Of a stretch of DNA of 64,000 nt, positions 51,703 to 64,000 are shown piece after piece. This DNA comes from Octopus sinensis (lineage: Eukaryota). The notes under the pieces were generated by a model. The model searched no databases. It was given only the letters and a program-made list of their open reading frames with translations, and was not told the DNA's origin. Location of the stretch: NCBI RefSeq assembly GCF_006345805.1, contig NC_043014.1, positions 33,170,001 through 33,234,000 of the forward strand, in the 5' to 3' direction. Positions within the stretch are counted from its first letter, which is position 1. Each line of letters opens with the position of its first letter. The translations under genes and the position numbers were made by a program.

Positions 51703-54031
51703 TACTGATACAATCATATCCTTGTATAATTTTTAAATGTGTATCTATGCCAGGCCGTCTGTTTTCAATGGACTTCTAACACAAATAGAACAAAACATTG
51801 AAATTTGTCCCCCACTCTCTCTCTGTATGTGTGTGTGTACAAGAAAAGGCATAAATAATGGGCTTTACATTTATTTGTGCACCGTAGACTTACAACTGTT
51901 TCTGATATTATTTTAGGTGCGTTCATTGTTCCGTTCACAGCTCAGTCGGAGTACACACGTATGAAATTATTTCTATATCTCGATCTATAATAATAAATGT
52001 AAGAAAAATCATCATGGTATATTAACTGAATCTAGAGGGAAAAAATTCACAAGAAAAAATTTCAGTTAAAGCACATTTTCAAATATTATTTTTATAGAAT
52101 AAATAGAATTATTTCCTACATACTTCTAAGACCATTATATTAAGTGTGTTATCAATATGTATTGTCAAATTATTGATTAGCAACAGAAGGATATTTGTGT
52201 CAGGAAGTAAAATGCGACTTTTCTTTTAAAAATTCAAATTGTGGGATTTTTCCCTCTTGTGACGTTATAATATCCATTCGACACTGTAACGACAGTTTTT
52301 CGATATTTTTCATTACTCATTTAATACGGTATATTTCATTAAAAAATTTTTTTCAGTAGTTTTTATATATAACAGTAAAATAAATTATATCTATTTTTAT
52401 CGGGTAACTTCCACAAATACACAGAAATAATTCCACAACAAAATCATGTTTAGATTATATCATAATCAAGGCTGTCTTTGCTGCATTAGGCTCCTGCATA
52501 AATCAATGTAGTGGGGCTTATAATATTTATTTTATTGACTACCAGACATAAGCATACATTGATTAAAGTTGGGCCTTTAAGATCTATAGGACTTATGGGT
52601 AATGTCTCTGTGCTTTGTAAGTTATAAAAATGTTAAGAACTATGTTTCGCATTTGCTATATAATTTTAAGATGGCAGGTGTGACGTTTAATATTATACAG
52701 CAGGGCTTTCCGAGAAAATGATAGTAATTGCTTTAACGACCCAGACAGATAAACAGACATAAAAATCTTTCTTTTTAGTTTTAATTTCATTGTAAATCAA
52801 AATAAATAAATTACTGTTTAGTCTCAAATCAGCCTCGATTCAGCAACGTATAAGGGAAGGCGCTCCATCCGTGACCATTCCGTCATATCAAGGATTATAT
52901 AAGCCAATTTTTTCTTTAATATGGTGGGGTGTTTTGAGGGGGTGGAATTTGTTGTTTTCGCTAACAAGATAAAGCGACCATGTGTTAAGATTGCTGACTT
53001 TATCAAGAGACTAACTTCCTGATTCAAGATTGTATGGACAAACATACACAAACCGTACGAGGGAGTGATCGAGCAGACCAATGTCAGAGTGCGTGTGTGT
53101 GTGTGGTTGGTTGCTTGCTAATATTTACTACACGTGGTTCCAAACAAAACCGTAATTTGTCGGTTAAGAAAAAAAATAAAACTCAGAACAAACCATATCC
53201 CGCTGCCTCTCTCTCTCTCACACACATTCATTCTCTCTGTCTGCCCCTCTCTCTGTCTCTCTCTCTCACTCTCTCTCTGCCCTTCCTATTGTATAGCCAC
53301 GGCAACAACGGTAACAATTGCATAAAGCACACGGTCGGATAGATATAATGGCTGTGGTGTAGTGGTTGGAAATGGAGCTGATGGTAGTAGTGAATGTGGT
53401 AGTGGTGGTTGTATAGTATTGCGTTTATCTTATAATAGTTGTAATTTCATTATATTTATAGCTTTGCCTCGTGCATGCATATATACATGTGTATATACTC
53501 TTTACTCTCTCTTTTACTCTTTTACTTGTTTCAGTCATTTGACTGCGGCCATGCTGGAGCACCGCCTTTAGTCGAGCAAATCGACGCCGGGACTTATTCT
53601 TTTGTAAGCCCAGTACTTATTCTATCGGTCTCTTTTGCCGAACCGCTAAGTGACGGGGACGTAAACACACCAGCATCGGTTGTCAAGCAATGCTAGGGGG
53701 ACTAACACAGACACACAAACATACACATATATATCATCATCATCATCATTTAGCGTCCGCTTTCCATGCTAGCATGGGTTGGACGGTTCAACTGGAGTCT
53801 GTGAAGCCAGAAGGCTGCATCAGGCCCAGTCTGATCTGGCAGTATTTCTATATATATACGACAGGCTTCTTTCAGTTTCCGTCTACCAAATCCACTCACA
53901 AGGCATTGGTCGGCCCGGGGCTATAGCAGAAGACACTTGCCCAAGATGCCATGCAGTGGGACTGAACCCGGAACCGTGTGGTTGGTAAGCAAGCTACTTA
54001 CCACACAGCCACTCCTGCGCCTATATGTGTG

Positions 54032-54467
54032 GGATCTTTTCGGTTTGAACGGCAGTTTTTTTCTAGCGGTGTCATATGAAATTGTCACCCATAATTATGA
54101 CCCTAGTATCGATCTATTGCATTTCAATCTGTTTTAGGGTTAGGATTGGTTAGGTTTAGGGGTGGGGGAAAGGGTATCTTTTTTTTTTCTTCACAAATGT
54201 AAATAAACCCAATCGGTTTCTTAAACGAGGGACATATTCATACGGCCCAGAATGTTTTTTTTTTACCTCAATAGACGTCATTGATTGGTTGAAATTGCAG
54301 AAATTGAAGAAAAGACAACAACAAATATCTTACAAACTATAGAATTTTCTCAATAAAGCCAAGAGAAAAAGATGTTTTATAAACACATTCTACCAGTATA
54401 CGAAGTTTAAAATTTTTTAGTTACCTAGAAATTATGTTAAAAACTGCCGTTCAAACCGAAAAGATCC
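54032..54467. mobile_element. Intact MITE (436 bp) with perfect 28-bp TIRs; partial copy at ~14550-14858
   Basis: GGATCTTTTCGGTTTGAACGGCAGTTTT...AAAACTGCCGTTCAAACCGAAAAGATCC. Confidence 0.88.
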
Positions 54468-55202
54468 TATATATATTATATAAAATCCGTTCTGTCTCTG
54501 TGTGTGTGTGTCTTCTAGGATCTCGGGCATCTTCTATCCGATTGCGCTCAAATTTCATATGTAGATACCGACGGTATCAGGGCGTGTATAAGTCTTGAAA
54601 AAATTACAAAAATCGACTCCAGGTGAGAATGCGATCGATAAAGCCGTGGGAACGTGCATTTGTATGCGCAAGTACATCAGCTGTTGCAATGTACTTACTG
54701 GTACTTTAAACTCTTCGGTTGCATATTTGTGTGAATAAAATCGTTTTTCTTTGGAATAGAAAAAAAGTCTGTCTTTATTTCTTCTTTTGCTGGTGTCTTA
54801 AATTTAGGTTAAATCAGTTTTTCATCCCTTTTGCCATTCTCTTCAAAAGATTTTTCCATTTTTTTTTTTTCCATATTTCTGCAACAAATCACTGATGGAA
54901 ACCCATTGGGGAAGTTAGCCTCATTCAACTGATGTGGGGCCTGAATATTGAGCCTAATGACATAACTAAGTTGATGCAGATGGCTTTTAACACTTCATAT
55001 TGGATATTTAGAGAATACCTATGCTTAATCTGGTTGTATAACAAGAGTTGGTATTGCTGTCACTCTCAGCTGGCTGGTGAGAGCGAGATGTATTATGAAG
55101 CAAAAAATTTTCAGCTTCACATCTTGAAGACCCACTTCTGGCACACATGTACCATAACAGCATCCTCTCCTTGGCTGTGTGTATATATATATATATATAA
55201 AT

Positions 55203-55713
55203 GTGACCTCGTGTGTACCATTGGCGATTTTTTTTTCCTCTGTCTTCCCTTCTCTGGATCTTTCCTTCTATGTTTCCGACGAAGAGCTCCGCTCAAAACG
55301 TTAAACCCTCCTTCTTTACTTCTTTCCTGAACGACCAATAATACTATATTTGTTCCACGTCCTCGCGTTGTTGTGTTTTTTTTTTGTGCTTTCTTGTTTG
55401 GATTAACTATATATATATATATTCTTACCTTGGCTGCATGGTAAGAATATACATATATTTACTTATATAGGTATATATATATATATATATTCAGAAATGT
55501 AACCACGTGGACTGTTGGTGATTTTTTCCTTATTTTTTCCTTCTTTCTCTTTGAACTTTCTTGTTTCCGATGAAGACCTACTCTCAAAATGTCAACAATA
55601 ACTCTCTCACTTCACTGAGCTTCAAATTAATATATTTCCTGTGTATGTCCTCACGTTTGTTTTTTCCTTTTTTTTCTCTGTTTTTTTAATTGTTTGTTTA
55701 TTTGAATTGACTA

Positions 55714-55744
<31 letters not shown>

Positions 55745-55942
55745 ATCCAAGCATGAAAACAAAGAGAAAACAACAACGCGAGGACGTGGAACAAGTGTAG
55801 TGTTATTGGACGCTCCGGAAAGGAAAGAAAGAAGGAGGATTTAACGTTTTGAGCAGAGCTCTTCATCAGAAACATAGAAAAGGGAATGGTCCAAGGAAGG
55901 GAAGACGGAGGAAAAAAAATCGCCAACGATACACACGCGGTC
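55203..55942. repeat. Inverted pair of ~205-bp Penelope-like terminal fragments carrying hammerhead-like motifs (55203-55410 +, 55741-55942 -)
   Basis: Reverse-complement similarity by eye; each arm has C(T/C)GA(T/C)GA-A-GAGC-NNN-GCTC-AAAACGTT. Confidence 0.55.
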
Positions 55943-56933
55943 ATATACCAATGCATCTCACATACACGTTGGAGGTTTGGTGCATATTGTCAGTGCCGTG
56001 CTTGCGTGTCGTCCAGTGTGCAGAGCTGGCTGGGGATCGAATCAAAGAGTGGCTGTGTGGTAAGTAGCTTGCTTACCAACCACATGGTTCTGAGTTCAGT
56101 CCCACTGCGTGGCACCTTGGGCAAGTGCCTTCAACTATAGCCTTGGGTTGACCAAAGCTTTGTGAGTGAATCTGGTAGGCAGAAACTGAAAGAAGCCCAT
56201 CGTATATATTTTTATATATATATACGTTTATGTGCATCTGTTAGTCCTCCTACCATTGCTTGTCAACTGATGTTGGTGTGTTTATGTCCCTGTAACTTAG
56301 CAGTTTGGCAAAAGTGACCATTAGAATAAGTACTAGGCTTACGAAGAATAAGTACTAGGCTTATGAAGAATAAGTACTCTGGTCAATTTGTTCGACTAAA
56401 GGCGGTGCTCCAGCACGGCTGCAGTCAAATGACTGAAACAAATAAAAGAATTATATATATATGTGTGTGTGTTTGTCCCCCACCATCACTTGACAACCAG
56501 TATTGTAACTTAGTGGTTCAGCAAAAGAGACCGGTAGAATAAGTACCAGGCTTTATAAAAAATAAGTACTGGAGTTGATTCGTTTGACTAAAATTCTTCA
56601 AGGTGGTGCCCCAGCATGGCCACAGTCTAATTACTGAAAAAAGACAAAGAAGATATACTGTGCATATATTCCTTCAGGTTTCTTCCACCTTTTTGCCATT
56701 TTTAAATAAAAAAGCATGAAATGTGGATGAGGTTTGTTCTGGTTTGCCATTTCCAGGGTGATCCCAAGCAAACGACTTGCAACCTGTCTTGTCGCAAGTT
56801 TGCATCTATGTTGAAGTGTCAAGCCTAAAATGAGTGCACGTGTGCAGGGAGCAGACTGGAGTTAGCTACTTATTAGATTTCTTGAAGTTTAGTATCAGTA
56901 AAACATGAACGAACTTTTTGGCCAGCCAAATTC

Positions 56934-56964
<31 letters not shown>

Positions 56965-57178
56965 CATGCATACATATGTGTGTATACAAACTCACTCACA
57001 TGTTCACGTGTGGACATGGCTTAGTGGTTAAGAGGTTCATTTCACAACCATGTGGTGTCCCACTTGCTCAAGGTGCAAGACCTATTGAGCAAGTGTCTTT
57101 GCTATAGCCCCATTCAATGAAAGGCTTACAAGTGGATTTGGTAGCGAGAAACTGAAAGAAGCCCTTCTTATATGCATG

Positions 57179-57213
<35 letters not shown>

Positions 57214-57391
57214 CAATTGCAGCGTGGAAGGTGTTTGTAAGCCATTTAAGAAACACACAAAAGCCGTTTGATTCACTTCAACAGTTAAGTTTAATTTGTC
57301 AAAATATTTTCGTCGCTTTAAGACCGTGACCTGTTCAACGGCTTTTGTGTGTTTCTTAAATGGCTTACAAACATCTTCCACGCTGCAATTG
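57214..57391. mobile_element. Fold-back MITE (178 bp) with ~55-bp TIRs
   Basis: CAATTGCAGCGTGGAAGGTGTTTGTAAGCC...GGCTTACAAACATCTTCCACGCTGCAATTG, with one mismatch. Confidence 0.85.
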
Positions 57392-57599
57392 TTTTCGTTT
57401 CAGCACACGATCTCAGATCAAATCACTTGCTATGCAAGTACATCTATATATATATATATATATTTGATGTTTTGTTGAGGCATAGCAATACTAATAGCCT
57501 GGTGTTAAAACTCGGTATACATATGCTTCAGACTAAAGCATTAGTTGTGTACACAGCATAATATGGAATTAAGTAAATAAAGAAAGAGAAAATTATGCT

Positions 57600-57735
57600 A
57601 TGAATTTCATTAGCTTACAGCTGTTCCTGTTATAAGATGCAGTGCTCCAATGAATCTATAAGGTGATGCACAAGCACTTAGCCTTCAGTGCACTGTATCT
57701 CATAACAGAAACAGCTGTAAGCTAATGAAGTTCAT
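57600..57735. mobile_element. Short fold-back MITE (~135 bp)
   Basis: ATGAATTTCATTAGCTTACAGCTGTT...AACAGCTGTAAGCTAATGAAGTTCAT; single arms also occur at ~23943 and ~43066. Confidence 0.7.
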
Positions 57736-60035
57736 TATGTAATATCCTGATCACTTGACATTCATTTAATTACATACATGTGTGTGTGTCTGTGTGTTTG
57801 TATATGATCCAGGGATCCAAATGTAGGGAATTTGTAAGCTTGAAGCAGTAGGTGGTTAGTATAGAGAAAAAATGGACAGTATATGGTAAGACACAATCAA
57901 TAACTATTTATTGACATCAAGAGCTACATGTGTTTTCGCATACTGAAATTGTAAAAAAATTTGTTCAGTGGATAGTTTCTATACACTGTTAGCAACTAAT
58001 AGTGCTAAAAATGTGATTAAAATTCCAAACTGAAGGAGTGGAATAGGTAAAATGTAAGCTATATGCATTTCTTAACTGGTTGAAGCTCATGCAAGTGTTG
58101 CACAATGAACTTTCTTCAGCATAGCTAATCATCAGGCTAAAATTACTTTAATGAAGTTTACATTGCTGCATGGAATTCCTAAGTCAGCCATAACACAACG
58201 GTGAGTCCAACTGAATAGCAAAGTCAATAGTAAAGAATAATAAAGACAAAAGTTGAGAGAACCAATGAACATTTTAGCACAAGGTAAGATCCAAAATATG
58301 CATAGAGTGGGAGTGGTTTGGAGTCAAAGAGTAGGAAGCAAAGGAAAGGAAAGGAAAGAAGAAAAAGATTATGGGAAATAACAGGGTATGTATTGGGGTA
58401 ATAAAACCCTTTTCAAGAGATGTTGACTGCAGATTTTGGTAGATAGCACGCCAGGCGAAATGCTTAGCGGTATTTCGTCTGCCGTTACGTTCTGAGTTCA
58501 AATTCCACTGAGGTCGACTTTGCCTTTCATCCTTTCGGGGTCGATAAATTAAGTACCAGTTTCACACTGGGGTCAATGTAATCGACTTAATCCCTTTGTC
58601 TATCCTTGTTGGTTCCCTCTATGTTTAGCCCCTTGAGGGTAATAAAGAAATAAGATTTTGGCAGACAGTATGTTGTCCAAATTTATGTGAGTGAATGGGT
58701 AGCGAAGTCAGATTGTTCATGCCATCTGCTCTATTGGGGTTACCATACAGCTTGCAGGACTATTAACCCTGGGAGAGGTGGGAGATTAACTTCATGTTAG
58801 GGGACAAGGGGTTAAACTGTGAGAAGGAAGGGAGGTTCTTCTAAATATTAACACCAGTCCATACCAAGTAATATTCTTCAAAGACGGCATTTCTGGCATT
58901 TAGAACTTAAAAATGAACTGATGACAAACTTAATTCTTTTTATTGAAAGACACTACAAAATACCAGTCATGGATTTGAATCAAAAGCCTATGGACCAGTA
59001 ACCTACTACATTATCTGCTGACATTGTTCATCACAGTGTTCTATAATGTTGGTTGTTGTTTAAACTCAGATCATTGTCTCTGACCTTTAAGATGATGGGG
59101 TGGGGTATAATTAACCCTTTTGTTGCCATATTTCTGTTGACATATAATGCTTTTGTTTCAGTTTATTTTTAAAATAAAGAATTTAGTGGAATAACTTTCT
59201 CATTATTGAGCTGGGGGCTGGAACAAACTGACATAAAATTTCAATGGAAGATTATAATTTAGATCACATTAAAACAGTAAGTTTGTCATAGAGCCAGGGA
59301 CACTCTCAGGTAGTTTGGTTTTCAAAGGTTTAAAATAAGATGTGGTTGCTTTTTCTAGCTTGTTTAGTTATCACATTGAAGTTCCCCTATTGCTATATGT
59401 GAAGGTGGTATTGTTTAGCCCTGATCAATCAAATACATTCCGGTTGTGACCATCATGCCTTTTACCTATGTGCAGGAAACTCAGGACCACATCATCCTCT
59501 TTTTTTTTTATGTCCATTGTCCATGTTGGCATGGGTTGGACAGTTTGACCAGGGCTGGTAAGGCTGTACCGGGCTCCAGTCTAATTTGTCTTGGTTTTCT
59601 ATGGCTGGATGTCCTTCCTAACGCCAACCACTCAGAGTGTAATGGGTGCTTTATGTGCCACCGGCACAGGTGCCATTTGCATGACACTGATATCTTCCAC
59701 GACTGCAATTGTTCTCAGCATGATGGGTTTTCTTCTCAAGCACTACATAATGCCAAAGGCCCAACATTCGAAAGGAACCCAGCCACTTTGATCCATGTGG
59801 CTCAACACTCAAAAGGAACTCAGTCACATTGCCTGCATTTAAAAAAAAATTTTTTCCTAACTTGGAAATGGGTGATTTGACTGCTAGTTGGAGCAAGTCA
59901 GCCAACCACCACATAGGTACTCACTAACTGGCTTATATCTAATGTTTATAATGGTGTTGGTGTGTGGTCTGGTGTGGTGTAGCAGTGATACTGCTGAAGT
60001 TTTTTTTAACCCTTCTCTCTTAATTTCTTTTACAG

Positions 60036-60145
60036 GCTGCAGACACATTAGCTGTGCGACAGAAACGACGGATATACGACATCACGAATGTTCTAGAAGG
60101 AATCGGATTAATAGAAAAGAAATCAAAAAACAGTATCCAATGGAA
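60036..60145 (+). CDS. E2F4: E2F4/5-like copy B exon 2 (DBD second half); gene continues past the window end
   Basis: ttttacAG|GCT GCA GAC...TGG AA|GTAAGT; 110 nt, protein identical to copy A exon 2. Intron 1 is 37002-60035 (23,034 nt). No exon 3 homolog found before 64000. Confidence 0.96.
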
Positions 60146-63100
60146 GTAAGTATGCATTCCCATACATCATCCTGTAATGCACCAGGACACATTGTGTTTG
60201 ATGTTTCCTGGGTTCGTTAGGTATTTTAGGTCTTTCAACATTAGACAGCCTCACCCAGATGACCCAGCTGGGATTAAAATCAATCCCCAGTTTTGTCTAG
60301 TTGGCACTATCTCTGGATCCCTGGTAGCAGTGCCCCTTCCAGGGTTTGCACCTCCTGATCTGCAGTCAACTTGAAGCAGCCTTTGCTGCCTCCACAACCA
60401 ACCTAATGGTCACCTGCCTTCTGGCCCTTTTCATTCCAAGCATATTACTGTAAGCTCTGTGGAGGGACTGACTTACAAACCCTCTGTACCCCACCTTGAT
60501 GGCAACACACCTTACTTGCCACTCATTGCTTTGGCATAGCTCCACTTGGTCATCATATTTTCTTCCTCGGTGCTAAAAACAATAATGGTTTTAGATTTTT
60601 GGTACAAGGGCAGCAGTTTTTGAGGAGAGGGGGAAGCTGATTACATCGATCCCAGTATTTTACTGGTTCTTATTTTATTGACCCCAAAAGGATGAAAGGC
60701 AAAGTCAACCTCCGTAGAACTTGAGCATAAAAATGGGCAAAATTCCACTAAACATTTTGTTTAATGTGATAATGATTCTGCTAGCTTACCACAACAACAA
60801 CAATAATAATGGTTTTAAATTTTGGCACAGGGGAGTAGGTAAGTTGATTATATTAACCCTGGTGCTCAACTACTGCTTATTTAGTTGACCCTGAAAGGAT
60901 GAAAGGCAAAGTTGACCCCAGTTTGTCATGTTTAATAAAATTAGATGACTTTAAACTGTTCAGATTTGTGCAATTCCAAAGGGTAGTATTGAATTATATG
61001 GATGCCAACTCCATTTTGTCTTCTTATTAATGGTGGGTGGTTTAAATGTTTAAAGGATACCAAAATATCTAATTCAGTGGTTCATAAACTGGCAAATACC
61101 ACTGAATTTTTGGTATCCTTTAAACATTTAGCATTTAAACCAGCCATATGAGGCCCAAATATCCTATTGGTTTTATGTTCAAACTGGCCAGATCCAGCCT
61201 TTCATGCACATCTTACAATGTCAGTTTAAAAATAATCACGTCTTCAAAATCTCAAATCTGGCAGATAATGCATGATTAATTCATACCAGCATGAAAGACA
61301 GACATTAAACAATGATGATGATGAATAAATAAGCATTATATTTGACAGTAATCTGAATGCTAAAGAGTTAAACTGGCCATATCTAAACTGCCCAAATATT
61401 TGTTTTATGTTCACCCCCAGCTAGTTTCAGCTCTCACATCTACCTTACAATGTCATTCTGAAAATAAACAATCACATTATCAAAATCTCAAATCTGTGAG
61501 ATAATGCATGATTAATTCAAAACGATATAGATAAATAAGCATTACATTTGACAGAATTATCTGAATGCTAAAGGATTAATCTTATCTGTAGTAGAGTTAC
61601 TATGTAACCATTTCATGTCATTTCTGTATGGCTTCTTTGTGTTTCCTCTAATAACTCACAACTTTCTCTGATTCAGGAAAACCCCTTCCCAACAGTTCTC
61701 TTGTTTTCTGTAAATCCCACAAACTTAAATTTGAAAGCAGCAATATATGATGAACTCGCACACCCACTCACCCTCTCTAATCCCTTGGTCCACTTCACAG
61801 TATACACCTCTCTGTAATTTGAGTGAATGGATTCTGTCCTCTGTCCTCCTCCCTGGCAAGTTCTCCATGTTTTCACCATCTTCTCTATCTCTCTCTTCCC
61901 CCACCTGAAGTAGCCATGTTTCTCCTCTAATGCAAAACACCTATTTTTCCATCCCTCACTATAACCCCCCCACCCATTTGAGGGGTCTTATCCTGCAAGT
62001 TACTTCACTTGGTGAGCTTACTGCTGCTACTGGTACCACCACATAAAAAGCACCCAGTCCACTCTGTAAAGTGGTTGGTCTCAAGAAGGACATTCAACTG
62101 TAGTAGAGCCTTGCCAAAGCAGGCAGCAGAGCCTTGGTGCAATCTTCTGACTTGGCCAATTCCTGTCAAACTACCCAACCCATGCCAGCATAGAAAACAG
62201 ACATTAAATGATGATGATGGTGATGATGATGATGATGATTTTCTCTTCACACCAGTTGTTGCCATGATGATAATCTTTGTCATGAGGTAAATTTTACCCT
62301 TTTATCCCTCTTTGACTCTTGTACAGCATGACAGACAAGCTATTATGAAATCTGACTTTTTCCATTCTTTTCTCTCTTGACATTCACTCCTTCTGTGTTT
62401 CTTTATTTTTCCATACCATTTGCTTTGTGTTTTTCAAATTTTTCCATTACGTATGCTCACTTCTGTTTTTCGTCAATAATTTAACTCATTACCATCCACT
62501 CCCCACCCATACAGTTCATCATACCGCTTTAGCTGCTGGCCTCTTCTTCAGTATGTTTACATCCAGTCCACAAGCTCAAAAGACCTGATCTAGAATAACT
62601 TTCCCAGGCTTAGCTTTTATACATTGAAGAATGTGGTAATTTATTCAAGATGGATGCATTCGTATACAATATATCCTTGCCATGGCTCAACGTTTACTGT
62701 AACAGCTGGTTGCAGAAATGATGAAATATCTTGCGCAATATTTCTTAGTTTCATGTATAAATCACATGCAAAAAAAAAAGAGTGGTATATAAAAAAAGTG
62801 CAACTTATATACACAAATAAATAATCTATTTATGTTTGTGTGATGTGTGTATAACAAAACAGGAAATTGAAAATTTTTTCTTATTTATTCACCATTACAT
62901 GTGTTTCATTTGCTAATAGAAATTACAAAGTTTTACATGTTAGATAGACATGTAAGGAATTTTCCTGTTAGAAATTCTTGACAGAGAAATCATATAGTGC
63001 ATATACATGTGTGTGTGTGTATATATATTACTCTTTTACTTATTTCAGTCATTCGATTGGGGCCATGCTGGAGCATCGCCTTTAGTTGAGCAAATCAACC

Positions 63101-63223
63101 CCAGGACTTATTCTTTGTAAGCCTAGTACTTATTCTATCGGTCTCTTTTGCCGAACCACTAAGTTACGAGAACGTAAACACCGCAGCATCGGTTGTCAAG
63201 CGATGTTGGGAGGACAAACACAC

Positions 63224-63286
<63 letters not shown>

Positions 63287-64000
63287 TACAACGGGCTTCT
63301 TTCAGTTTCCGTCTACCTAATCCATTCACAAGGCTTTGGTCGGCCCAAGGCTATAGTAGAAGACACTTGCCCAAGGTGCCATGCAGTGGGTCTGAACCCG
63401 GAACCATGTGGTTGGTAAGCAAGCTACTTACCACACAGCTACATCTGTTGCCACTTTTGTGTGACTGTTCTATGCAGAACAAATGTTACTGCATTTTAAC
63501 CCCAGGAAAATATCTTTTCCTGCTGGTTAACGACTCACTGTTACTATGTGAATCTCTTTCAGAGATTTTAAAACCAGCTACTTTACCTTTTTGTAAGATC
63601 AGTGACTGATTGTTGCTTCTCTGTTTATATATTATGAGTAAGGACGGATAGCTGCTATCTTTAGCCGGCAAATGTCCAGTACTGAAACAAGTAAAAGAAA
63701 AAAATGTATATATGTATCACTGTATCCAACAGACTGTAGGATGTTGTTTTACATTGTTGTTCACAATGCGCTTCCTGACACCCTTGTAGCTTGTGTATGA
63801 TGTCACCCAACTGGCTAGGCAGGCAGTGGGTTGACATCATTCCCTCTGAATAGAACACCGGTCTTTTGCAAGGTTACTTACTTACAGCCAAGTGGACTGG
63901 AGCAATGTGTGATGAAGTGTTTTGCTGAAGAACACAATGTACCATCACTCTGGAAATTGAAACCACGATCTTGTAATTGTGAGCGCAACGTCCTAACCAC

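Noticed and set aside
54478-54900. Possible Helitron/DINE-like 5' fragment (TATATAAAATCCGTTCTGTCT...)
   Set aside because: No 3' hairpin or CTAG end could be located, so classification is unsupported.
60036-60145. Second E2F exon 2 as an assembly duplicate or allele of the first
   Set aside because: Six synonymous differences, a different donor (GTAAGT vs GTAATT), unrelated flanking introns, and its own upstream exon 1.

Overview
AT-rich, repeat-dense eukaryotic genomic DNA. The SINE, MITE and microsatellite content looks like octopus/coleoid cephalopod (my inference from repeat style). The only host genes I can support are two head-to-tail, + strand paralogs of the repressor-type E2F4/5 transcription factor, neither correctly captured by the ORF track. 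Copy A has exons 2-9 at 1024-16799 (exon 1 is upstream of the window; about 327 aa encoded here, ending in the pocket-protein-binding motif). Copy B has exon 1 at 36882-37001, a 23-kb first intron and exon 2 at 60036-60145, and continues beyond the window. The shared DNA-binding exon differs only at 6 synonymous sites, while copy A looks divergent in its dimerisation/marked-box region. Copy A intron 3 sits at the E2F minor-spliceosome (U12, AT-AC) position but has a degenerate AT donor flanked by in-frame GT-AG alternatives. The rest is tRNA-derived SINEs, CR1/L2 and RTE LINE fragments, mariner/maT/piggyBac/Helitron/Kolobok-type derivatives, nested MITEs, hammerhead-like motifs, local direct and inverted duplications, and microsatellites. 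All alignments and identities were done by eye.
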